Below are positions 7,537-14,844 of a stretch of 20,488 nucleotides of DNA, piece by piece; position 1 is the first letter of the stretch; each line of letters opens with the position of its first letter. The notes below the pieces were generated by a model. It worked only from the letters and a program-made list of their open reading frames with translations. It had not been told where the DNA came from and did not search any database. The DNA lies in assembly GCA_040756235.1 (NCBI GenBank), contig JBFLZG010000119.1:1-20488 (forward strand), given 5' to 3'. The position numbers were made by a program, and so were the translations under genes. The DNA comes from a bacterium (GTDB taxonomy: Bacteria > Desulfobacterota > DSWW01).

Positions 7537-8334
7537 TCAGGCGGCTGCTTTCTTCTGCCACTTCTCCCGCGCCAGCACGGCGGCCCCCAGGGCGCCGACG
7601 ATCTGCGGGTCCTCTCTCAGGCGCACCACCCTGGCCCCGACCTTGTCCTCGAGAATGCGGATCAGCCCGTCGTTCTTGGCGCAGCCGCCGGAGACGGTCA
7701 GGTCCTCCTGAATCCCCACCCGCTTGAGCAGGCTGATCAGCCGGCTGGCGATGGCCACGTGAATGCCGGCCACCACGTTCTCGACGCTGTTGCCCTCGTT
7801 GAGCTGGGTGATGATCTCGGACTCGGCGAAAACGCTGCACTGGGCCGAAATCATCGCCGGGCAGTCCGATCTCTTCGAAAGATCCGAGAGCTGCTCGATG
7901 CGGACACGAAGCACCCGCGCCTGGCTTTCCAGAAAACGGCCGGTGCCGGCCGCGCACTTGTCGTTCATCACGAATTCGCGCACCCGCCCGTCGTCTCGCA
8001 GGCCGATCACCTTGCAGTCCTGGCCGCCGATGTCGACCACCGTCTTCACCGTGGGGCAGAGCCACTTGGAGCCCATGGCGTGACAGGTGATCTCCGAGAT
8101 GTTCTCGCTGGCAAAGGGAATCTTGACCCTGCCGTACCCCGTGCCGACCATATAGGCGATATCCTGCTCGTTGAGGCCTGCCTTCTTCAGCACCGCCTGC
8201 ATGCAGATCCGGGCCGTTTCCTCGGGTCTGGGCGTGGCCTCGATGATGATGGATGAAAGCACGTCGTTCCGATCGTTGATCAAAAGGGCCTTTCCGGTCG
8301 TGGAGCCGATGTCCACGCCTGCAAAGAAAGCCAT
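7537..8334 (-). CDS. Acyl-CoA dehydratase activase (HgdC-type, BadF/BadG/BcrA/BcrD ASKHA ATPase, [4Fe-4S])
   Basis: GVDIGSTTGK, GTGYGR, EITCHA, VDIGGQDCK, MNDKCAAGTGRFLE, CSVFAESE, GGCAKN and GALGAA. Both cluster-ligating Cys are present. Confidence 0.96.
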   Translation of the reverse strand: MAFFAGVDIGSTTGKALLINDRNDVLSSIIIEATPRPEETARICMQAVLKKAGLNEQDIAYMVGTGYGRVKIPFASENISEITCHAMGSKWLCPTVKTVVDIGGQDCKVIGLRDDGRVREFVMNDKCAAGTGRFLESQARVLRVRIEQLSDLSKRSDCPAMISAQCSVFAESEIITQLNEGNSVENVVAGIHVAIASRLISLLKRVGIQEDLTVSGGCAKNDGLIRILEDKVGARVVRLREDPQIVGALGAAVLAREKWQKKAAA

Positions 8335-8413
8335 CGTCCCCTCCCCTGCTTCTGCTCTGTCTCTCCGCCTCGAATCGCATCCCGCCCCGGAGTCCGCGGC
8401 CCGCAGGGGGGCC

Positions 8414-8842
8414 TCACGCCTTGTCGTCGGCGTACGTGGCGTCGATCCTGGTGCAGTTGTTCATCATCTTCAGGGCAAATTTCACCTGTTTGAGGACCTT
8501 GAGCTGGCTTCCCTTGATGAGCCGAAGCTTGCGCGTCATCAGGGCGCGCAAAGGCTCCTGCTTGGCCCGCACGATGTCCTTCCAGACCGAGTACTTCCCC
8601 GCGATGACATATTCCGCGTCCGGCCTCTCATCGGTCGAGGAGAGCGCCATGGCCTCGCTTGCGTCCCCCTTGTCGGCCGCGAAGAACAGGAAGGCGGCCT
8701 TGTCCAGCTTTCCGGGCTCCGGGTCGATCTGGAAGATGAACTTTCCGGCAAAGTCCCCGCAGGCTTCCCTGAACTCCGGATCGGCATTGCAGATCTTCTG
8801 GAGCTCCTTCACCCATCCATCGCTCGGATACATGACGGCCAT
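8414..8842 (-). CDS. SCP2 sterol/lipid-binding domain protein
   Basis: YPSDGWVKEL...DAEYVIAGKYSVWKDIV...PLRALMTRKLRLIKG fits the SCP2 pattern. A GGGAGGG RBS precedes the start. Confidence 0.85.
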   Translation of the reverse strand: MAVMYPSDGWVKELQKICNADPEFREACGDFAGKFIFQIDPEPGKLDKAAFLFFAADKGDASEAMALSSTDERPDAEYVIAGKYSVWKDIVRAKQEPLRALMTRKLRLIKGSQLKVLKQVKFALKMMNNCTRIDATYADDKA

Positions 8843-9165
8843 CGCGTTCCCTCCCGGCTAAAGCAAAAAGAAGAACTTTCCACTTTCTCCCGTAGCACGA
8901 TTGTTCCGCGGGAGTCAAGGAAAAACCGGCTCGGAGCCGGTCGGAAAGGCATGCAGCGGGCGTTCCCGGAGAGGACGATGGAAAGAAACGCTTTCCGTTT
9001 CGAGCTCTCGCAGCACGCGCTCGCGGCCCGGCCTTGCCTCCTGAGGGCAGGGCCGCTACGATGCGGTTGCAGCAGGAAGCGGCTTGCGAGCCCGCGGCAC
9101 TCGACGTAAGGAGCCTCGACAGATCAGGCCGGCCAGCGGAAGGACCGGGAGGCGCGAATCGGACC

Positions 9166-9891
9166 ATGTCACGATCCAGGAGAGTCTGGTTTTACACACT
9201 GGTTGCGGTTGACGTCCTCGCCTTTCATCTGCCGGGCGTCTGGCTGTTCTTCTTCCTGCTCTTCCCCAGGCAGAGCACCACGGGGGGAGGGCTCGCGGAC
9301 GCCGCCTTCAACGCCCTCCTGGTCTTTGCCTGGGGCTTCATCCACAGCCTCATGGCGCGCCCGTTCTGGACCCGGATGGTTGCACGCCGGGTCGGGCAGG
9401 ACCTGACCAAGCTCGTGTTCACCATCATTGCGGGAATCACCCAGTGCGTCATGCTGTATGCCTGGCGGCCGTTGAGCGGCACGCTCTGGAGGGCCGAAGG
9501 GACGCTCTACTGGATGCTGACTTTCCTGTTCATCTGCACCTTCGGACTCGTTTTCTACTGCTCCGTCCTGCTCGACTACATGGAGGTCCTGGGGGTCCGC
9601 GGGATCCTCCGGCGCATGCGGGGAGAGCCTCCCAAACCGCCCCGGCTTTGCCTCAACGGACCTTACCTCTATTGCCGTCATCCCGTTTACCTGGCGAGCC
9701 TGGCTTCCCTCTGGATCGGACCGGTCATGACCTGCGGCCGCCTGGAGTTCGCCCTGCTCGTGAGCCTCTACGTGGTCGTCGGCACCTGGCTCGAGGAACG
9801 CGACATTCGGACCGCCCTGGGCGAAGCGTACGACCGCTACATGGCCCAGGTGCCGATGTGGATTCCTCGTTTCACCAAGTGGCAGGGATGA
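9166..9891 (+). CDS. Membrane SAM-dependent methyltransferase of the ICMT/NnrU/nurim/MddA-like family
   Basis: Several hydrophobic helices plus the motifs WGFIHSLMARP, LYAWRP, GPYLYCRHPVY, WLEERD, GEAYDRY and VPMWIP. The ATG at 9166 is preferred to the upstream extension. Confidence 0.85.
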   Translation: MSRSRRVWFYTLVAVDVLAFHLPGVWLFFFLLFPRQSTTGGGLADAAFNALLVFAWGFIHSLMARPFWTRMVARRVGQDLTKLVFTIIAGITQCVMLYAWRPLSGTLWRAEGTLYWMLTFLFICTFGLVFYCSVLLDYMEVLGVRGILRRMRGEPPKPPRLCLNGPYLYCRHPVYLASLASLWIGPVMTCGRLEFALLVSLYVVVGTWLEERDIRTALGEAYDRYMAQVPMWIPRFTKWQG

Positions 9892-9915
9892 CCCGCCTCT
9901 CGAGGAAAGCGTGCC

Positions 9916-10713
9916 GTGGCTGAATTCGACGAACAAATCCTGGCCGTTCGGAAGTTTGTCCGGAATCTGCAGAGGGAGGGGAAGAATTCTCGGGAGATCC
10001 GCTGTCCCGGCGCTCCGGAGGAGCTGCTCAGGGACCTGCCGGTCCGCTTCAGCCCGGAAGGCTCCCCCTTCGTCATCCTCAAGGAGGAGACTTTCGTGGA
10101 GCTGGGCAACCCCATTCAAGGCTCGGCCTCCACGGTCCTGTGGACGCGGCAGACCGAGCTCGTCAGGGACGGCGCCGTCACCTGGATCGGGCCGGACATC
10201 CCGGAGACGGCCGGGCAATCGCGGCCTTTCGGGCAGGTCATTCTCGTGGGGGGCAGCCGGCTGCCGGACGCGGACCTCGCCAGAGTCGAGAGGGCCAAGG
10301 ACCTCGCCCACCAGCTCGAAGGGTACATGATCCGGCACCTTCCGCGAAAGCTCTGGAGCCGGGTGAGCAAGGAGGCCGTGGCCAGAGGGTTTTCCTTCGA
10401 GACGCTGGGCCGCGCCCTGATGGCCCGATACAAGAGCGAGATCCCCCTCGTGGAAGCCGTCGAGATCGTTTTCGTGACCACCTCCAAGGGGGACGTGGAG
10501 GAGTTGGATCAGATCGCGCGCGACGCTCAGGGCAAGAGCCTCTCGATTCGAAAGCTCACCCGTGCCCAGGACGGCGCCTACGAGTGCGACGAGCTCACCT
10601 GCGACACCTGCCCCGAGAAACCCACCTGCGACACCATCCGCGACGTGCTCGTCATCCGCAGGAAAGGGAAGATCACCGGGATCCGGATTGTCCGGGAGCC
10701 CAGGAGCCCGTAA
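9916..10713 (+). CDS. Stand-alone acetyl-CoA synthase (CdhC/AcsB) middle-domain-like protein with a C-terminal 4-Cys motif
   Basis: FVELG, DGAVTWIGPDIPE, WSRVSKEAVARGFSFETLG and YKSEIPLVEAVEIVFVT resemble the ACS middle domain. The protein ends in CDELTCDTCPEKPTC. GAGG RBS with a GTG start. Confidence 0.72.
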   Translation: MAEFDEQILAVRKFVRNLQREGKNSREIRCPGAPEELLRDLPVRFSPEGSPFVILKEETFVELGNPIQGSASTVLWTRQTELVRDGAVTWIGPDIPETAGQSRPFGQVILVGGSRLPDADLARVERAKDLAHQLEGYMIRHLPRKLWSRVSKEAVARGFSFETLGRALMARYKSEIPLVEAVEIVFVTTSKGDVEELDQIARDAQGKSLSIRKLTRAQDGAYECDELTCDTCPEKPTCDTIRDVLVIRRKGKITGIRIVREPRSP

Positions 10714-10732
10714 GCAGCGGGAGACCTATTCT

Positions 10733-10833
10733 TTCCTTCTCCCCTCAGCGAGGGGAGAAGGTCAGGATGAGGGGTGCATGTGCGCATGGTTCCCCCTCAC
10801 CCGTCCCTCTCCCCCGTGCACGGGGGAGAGGGA
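10733..10833. repeat. Two-unit CCCCTC/GGGGAGAG REP-like module
   Basis: Hairpins TTCTCCCCTC-AGC-GAGGGGAGAA and CCCTCTCCCCCGTGCACGGGGGAGAGGG lie between convergent genes. It is an inverted near-copy of 541-630. Confidence 0.85.
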
Positions 10834-10850
10834 ATTACGGACTCCAGCGT

Positions 10851-11057
10851 TCACGGCTCGACGGGCTCGTAGGCCTTCTTGCCGTACACCCTCTCGTAGG
10901 CCTTGCAGAACGGGCAGACCTTGGAGTCGATGTTCTTCACGAACCAGTAGGCCGCGCCCTGCTGGTTCTTGCGGGCCGCCTTGCAGACAGGACACACGTT
11001 CTTGCAGAAGCTCGCCATTCTGGCCGTGAGATCGGATGGAACCGCCTGTGGGCTCAT
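10851..11057 (-). CDS. Small Cys-rich hypothetical protein (68 aa), probable metal binder
   Basis: CKNVCPVC...VCPFC motifs, GC3-rich codon usage and a GGAGG RBS. Confidence 0.75.
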   Translation of the reverse strand: MSPQAVPSDLTARMASFCKNVCPVCKAARKNQQGAAYWFVKNIDSKVCPFCKAYERVYGKKAYEPVEP

Positions 11058-11187
11058 TTCTTCCCTCCCGCTTTCCTGGACCAGTAAATAAGGAAGAGGT
11101 CAAAGGGCCTTCCTGATCAGCCTGGATCGGAGCGTCGTTCAACGTCCAACGCGCTCCATTCTAACGAACCTTGACGGCCCGTGGGAG

Positions 11188-11231
11188 AAAAAAAGACCGG
11201 GGGCCTGGGGTGGCGCTGCAAGTCCCGGCCT
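11188..11231 (-). terminator. Possible intrinsic terminator after the DUF169 gene
   Basis: The minus strand has AGGCCGGG...CCCGGTCT followed by a T tract just after the stop codon. The loop is unusually long (about 22 nt). Confidence 0.35.
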
Positions 11232-11234
11232 CCC

Positions 11235-12011
11235 TCACAGCTTGAAAATGTCGGCCAGCGGAAGCGACAGGGCCACCTCCGGGCTGTATCGCAGATAGGT
11301 CGGAATGGGATAGCGGATGCCCGTCTGGTGAGTCTTTTCGAGCCCTTCGACCACGTCGGCGAGCCTCGCAGCCGGCAGCGCCATCGCCACTTCGTGGTCC
11401 TGGCACGCTCCCCAGACCCGGTCGCCGTTCCCCGGGATCACGACTTTCAGGGTCTGGTCAAGGTATGCGCCGATCACCCCTTCGGTGCAGGAGGCGGCCC
11501 TGCCCGAGAAGGTGCTCTGGATCGGCTTCCCGGTGTGGTAGGTGCCGGCGTGGATCAGGCGCATGAGCTGCGCCGGATTGACGTAGACGAGGACCACGTC
11601 CGGCTCGATCTTCGTCCACTCCAGCGGTGCATAAGCTACGAGAAGATCCGCCCCCTTCTCCAGCGTGCGAAAGGACGCCATTCCTTCGCGGGCCGCCTGT
11701 TCGTCGCGGGCGTAGTTCATGCGGGTCATGAAGCGGATCGCACCTGACCCGTCCTCGAGCCGCTCCCAGCCGTAGGTGTGGGCCGCAATGGCGCATCCCA
11801 CGTCCTCCTTGCCGACCGCCACGGTCCACCCGTAGCGCCGGGCCATGGCGGCGGCCTGACAGGGAGCGACCCGGACCCGCAGATCGTTCATGGGCCTCCT
11901 GGCGCCCGCAGGGATGCTCGAGGCATCTTCGAGGAACCTGACCGCAACGGGAAAGCTGTCCGGGTTGACGTACCTCCTGATCTTCTGCCCCAGCTCGTGC
12001 CATTTCTTCAT
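11235..12011 (-). CDS. DUF169 family protein
   Basis: FPVAVRF, CQAAAMARRYG, VGCAIA, YAPL...EPDVVLVYVNPAQLMRLI, ASCTEG, GDR and EVAMALP follow the DUF169 pattern. Confidence 0.85.
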   Translation of the reverse strand: MKKWHELGQKIRRYVNPDSFPVAVRFLEDASSIPAGARRPMNDLRVRVAPCQAAAMARRYGWTVAVGKEDVGCAIAAHTYGWERLEDGSGAIRFMTRMNYARDEQAAREGMASFRTLEKGADLLVAYAPLEWTKIEPDVVLVYVNPAQLMRLIHAGTYHTGKPIQSTFSGRAASCTEGVIGAYLDQTLKVVIPGNGDRVWGACQDHEVAMALPAARLADVVEGLEKTHQTGIRYPIPTYLRYSPEVALSLPLADIFKL

Positions 12012-12076
12012 GTGGGCCCCCGCTCGTCTCTAGGAAGAAAGTCGCGACTGCTTGCCTTTCCTCGTGTTCAGGCCTT

Positions 12077-12418
12077 TCACCTCAGGAGCTTGAGCTCCCC
12101 TGTCAAAGCGTCCAGCGCCTCCGCTGCGGCCGGGCCGAGCCCGAGGCACGTGACCGTCCCCGCAGCCAGAACGGTCCTGCCCGCGTCGGCGATCATGGCC
12201 GCAGGAATGCCTGCTCGTTTGGCTGCGGCCTCGAGCCCCTTCAGGTTTTCCGGGCCCAGAGTCTTCAGGACCACTTTGGGCATTCCGGCCGACAGCCATG
12301 CCCTCTGCGCGTCTTTGCCCGCCTCGAGGAAAGCGGCAACGGCCGCGTGGGCGACCTGTGCCGCCAGCTTGCCTCTGGGCAGCTTCAGGGAATCGTCCAC
12401 GACGATGATCTGTTTCAT
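12077..12418 (-). CDS. pth2: Peptidyl-tRNA hydrolase, Pth2 (archaeal/eukaryotic) type
   Basis: KLPRGKLAAQVAHAA, W...GMPKVVLK, IADAGRT, TCLGLGP and TGELKLL. An AAGGGAG RBS precedes the start. Confidence 0.93.
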   Translation of the reverse strand: MKQIIVVDDSLKLPRGKLAAQVAHAAVAAFLEAGKDAQRAWLSAGMPKVVLKTLGPENLKGLEAAAKRAGIPAAMIADAGRTVLAAGTVTCLGLGPAAAEALDALTGELKLLR

Positions 12419-12656
12419 CCGCTCCCTTCAGGTGCCCCGCCGTTTTGAAGCCCACTGCTTCCCCGCCCCTGCTTGAAGCGCTTCCGCTTGCGGGCTCCCT
12501 CCGCGCCCAAGTATACGTCAGAGAACTGCCCCAAGCGAACCGCCGAGTGGAGCTTCGCAGGCCCTCTGCGGCCGGCGGGGTCGGGCGACAGGCGAAAATG
12601 CTTGGACCGGGCTCGACTTTTTTCGTATTTTAAGAGCGCCGAGAGAGGCCGAGGCT

Positions 12657-12685
12657 TTGACCCGGGGGTTGCCCCAGGGTATCGT
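12657..12685 (+). promoter_or_regulatory. Putative sigma70 promoter of the acyl-CoA dehydrogenase operon, overlapped by a dyad
   Basis: TTGACC, a 17-nt spacer and TATCGT lie 50 nt upstream of the ATG. The imperfect inverted repeat ACCCGGGGG-TTG-CCCCAGGGT spans the spacer. Confidence 0.5.
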
Positions 12686-12735
12686 TCGCGCAACACGACT
12701 TCGACATCCGTACATGTCCAGACGAGGGTGCGACC

Positions 12736-13881
12736 ATGGAATTCACGGAAGAGCAGAACATGCTGCGGGACACGATCCGGAAGCTTTGCCGCGAAAAAGT
12801 AGCGGCCCGCGCCGTCGAGGCGGACGAGAGCGGCGAGTATCCATGGGACATCCACCGGGTGTTTGTGGAGAACGGCCTGTTCAAGATTCGGGTGCCTGCC
12901 GAGTACGGCGGCGTTCCCATGGACGCCGCCTCGGTCTGCATCGTCGTGGAAGAGATCGCTCGTGCCGACGGGGGCTCAGCGATCACGATCGTCCATCACC
13001 TGGCCGGGCTCGGCTGTTTCCTCGAGGGCGCCAGCGCCGAGCAGCGCGGGCGCTGCCTGCCCCGGGTCGGCCGCGGGGACTATCTCGTCGGGTTTGCTCT
13101 GACCGAGCCCGGCGCCGGCTCCGATGCGTTCGCGCTCGGCACGCGCGCGGTCCCGTCGGCCGACCGGGACGGGTACGTCCTCAACGGCCGCAAGTGCTTC
13201 ATCTCCAATGCCGGGCTCACGGACCTCTACGTCATCTTTGCCACCCTGGACCCGTCCCGCAGGCGCGAGGGCGTGACCGCCTTCCTGGTCGAGAAGGACA
13301 CGGCCGGCTTCTCGGTCGGCAAGGCCGAAAGAAAGATGGGGCTCAGGACCTCGCCGACCCGGGACCTGCTGTTCGAGGACATGTGGCTGCCCGTGGAAAA
13401 CCGGCTCGGGCAGGAAGGAAAGGGCTGGGAGATCGTGCTCCGGTCCCTGACCGACACCCGGGTCCTGATCGCCGCCATGTCCCTGGGGATCGCCGAGGCG
13501 GCCCTGGAGGCGGCGGTCCGCTACGCGCGCGAGCGGGAGCAGTTCGGCAGGGCCATCGCCAGCTTCCAGGGCGTTTCGTTCATGCTGGCCGACATGGCGA
13601 TCCAGGTCGAGTGCGCCCGGGCGCTCATCGGCCAGCTCACCTCGAGCATGGACCGGGGGCAGCGCAACCAGCCGTACCTGGCCTCCGTGGCCAAGTGTTT
13701 CTCCTCGGACATGGCCATGAAGGTCACGACGGACGCGGTGCAGGTCCTGGGCGGCTACGGATACACGCGTGACTACCCGGTCGAGAAGATGATGCGGGAC
13801 GCCAAGGCCACGCAAATCATCGAGGGGACCAATCAGATCCAGCGCGTGCAGATCGCGCGGAACCTGCTGAAGATGTACTGA
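12736..13881 (+). CDS. Acyl-CoA dehydrogenase
   Basis: FALTEPGAGSD, LNGRKCFISNAG, KMGLRTSPT, REQFGRAI, QVLGGYGY..DYPVEKMMRDAK and the catalytic Glu in QIIEGTNQIQR. Confidence 0.98.
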   Translation: MEFTEEQNMLRDTIRKLCREKVAARAVEADESGEYPWDIHRVFVENGLFKIRVPAEYGGVPMDAASVCIVVEEIARADGGSAITIVHHLAGLGCFLEGASAEQRGRCLPRVGRGDYLVGFALTEPGAGSDAFALGTRAVPSADRDGYVLNGRKCFISNAGLTDLYVIFATLDPSRRREGVTAFLVEKDTAGFSVGKAERKMGLRTSPTRDLLFEDMWLPVENRLGQEGKGWEIVLRSLTDTRVLIAAMSLGIAEAALEAAVRYAREREQFGRAIASFQGVSFMLADMAIQVECARALIGQLTSSMDRGQRNQPYLASVAKCFSSDMAMKVTTDAVQVLGGYGYTRDYPVEKMMRDAKATQIIEGTNQIQRVQIARNLLKMY

Positions 13882-13950
13882 GACGGGGCGCCCCCGACGC
13901 CCGGAAGCGGCAGGCACGGGCAGGAGCGAAGAAAGAAAGGAGGTCGCGCC

Positions 13951-14388
13951 ATGGCCAAGGTGGGCTACGAGTTCGCACCGCATCGATTCACGGTGGAAAG
14001 GGGCAAGATCCGGGAGTTCGTACGAGCGATCGGCGACGACAACCCGGTCTACACCGATCCGCAGGCGGCCGGGGCCGCCGGGTACCGCGACGTGATCGCG
14101 CCCCCGACCTACCTGACCGTCATGGACAACTGGTCGGGCCCCGACTTCGAATCCCGCTGCCGGGAGCTCGAGATCGATCCTCTCAAGGTCCTGCACGCCG
14201 AGCAGGCCTACGAGTACCTGGCGGACATCCACCCCGGCGACGAGCTCGACGCAACGGCGCGGGTGACCGAGGTCTACGAGAAATCCGGCAAGAGCGGTCA
14301 CCTGCTCTTCATCGTCGTCGAAAAGACCTACAAACGGAACGCCCAACCCGTAGCCGTCTGCCGCTCGACGACGGTGGTGCGGAACTGA
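13951..14388 (+). CDS. MaoC-family dehydratase, N-terminal-type (HadA/FAS1-like) subunit
   Basis: VERGKIREFVRAIGDDNPVY, APPTY and VLHAEQAYEY hot-dog fold motifs. AAGGAGG RBS. Confidence 0.92.
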   Translation: MAKVGYEFAPHRFTVERGKIREFVRAIGDDNPVYTDPQAAGAAGYRDVIAPPTYLTVMDNWSGPDFESRCRELEIDPLKVLHAEQAYEYLADIHPGDELDATARVTEVYEKSGKSGHLLFIVVEKTYKRNAQPVAVCRSTTVVRN

Positions 14389-14400
14389 GGAGGGATCATC

Positions 14401-14835
14401 ATGGCGGCCCAGCTCTACTTCGAGGACGTCCGGGTCGGGGATCCCATGCCCGGGCTCGTCAAGGCGCCGGTCACCGAGGTGCAGCTCGTGAAATATGCCG
14501 GCGCCTCGGGCGACTTCAACCCGATCCACACGGTCCATCACATGGCGGAGAAGGCCAAGCTCGGCGGCGTGATCGCTCACGGCATGCTGATCATGGGGTT
14601 CGTTGCCCAGGGGGTCACGGATTGGCTGCCGAACCGCTGCCTGCGCAAGCTCAAGGTCCGCTTTGCCGGCATCACCCGCCCCGGCGACGTCATCACGGTC
14701 TCGGGCCGGCTGACGGACAAGCGCATCGAGGGGCCCCGGAAGCTCATCGTCTGCGAGATCACCGCCACGAATCAGAAAGGCGAAACCAAGCTGGCCGGCG
14801 AGCTCGAGGCCGAGCTGCCGTCAAAGGAGAGGTAG
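14401..14835 (+). CDS. MaoC-family (R)-specific enoyl-CoA hydratase, catalytic (HadB-like) subunit
   Basis: Hydratase-2 motif YAGASGDFNPIH plus IAHGM and VRF...PGD. Confidence 0.93.
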   Translation: MAAQLYFEDVRVGDPMPGLVKAPVTEVQLVKYAGASGDFNPIHTVHHMAEKAKLGGVIAHGMLIMGFVAQGVTDWLPNRCLRKLKVRFAGITRPGDVITVSGRLTDKRIEGPRKLIVCEITATNQKGETKLAGELEAELPSKER

Positions 14836-14844
14836 GAGGCACAC

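Noticed and set aside
6139..8256. 705-aa plus-strand ORF (also 4980-6440 and 4243-5184)
   Set aside because: These are antisense shadows of well-supported minus-strand genes in GC-rich DNA and have no recognisable motifs.
4932..8334. Class I benzoyl-CoA reductase (bcr/bzd operon)
   Set aside because: There is only one ATPase gene and no ferredoxin, dch, had or oah genes. The architecture fits a dehydratase-type system with a homodimeric activase better, though reductase activity is not excluded.
12415..12855. ORFs in the divergent region between pth2 and the acyl-CoA dehydrogenase
   Set aside because: They overlap real genes and promoter-like sequence and have no recognisable domain.
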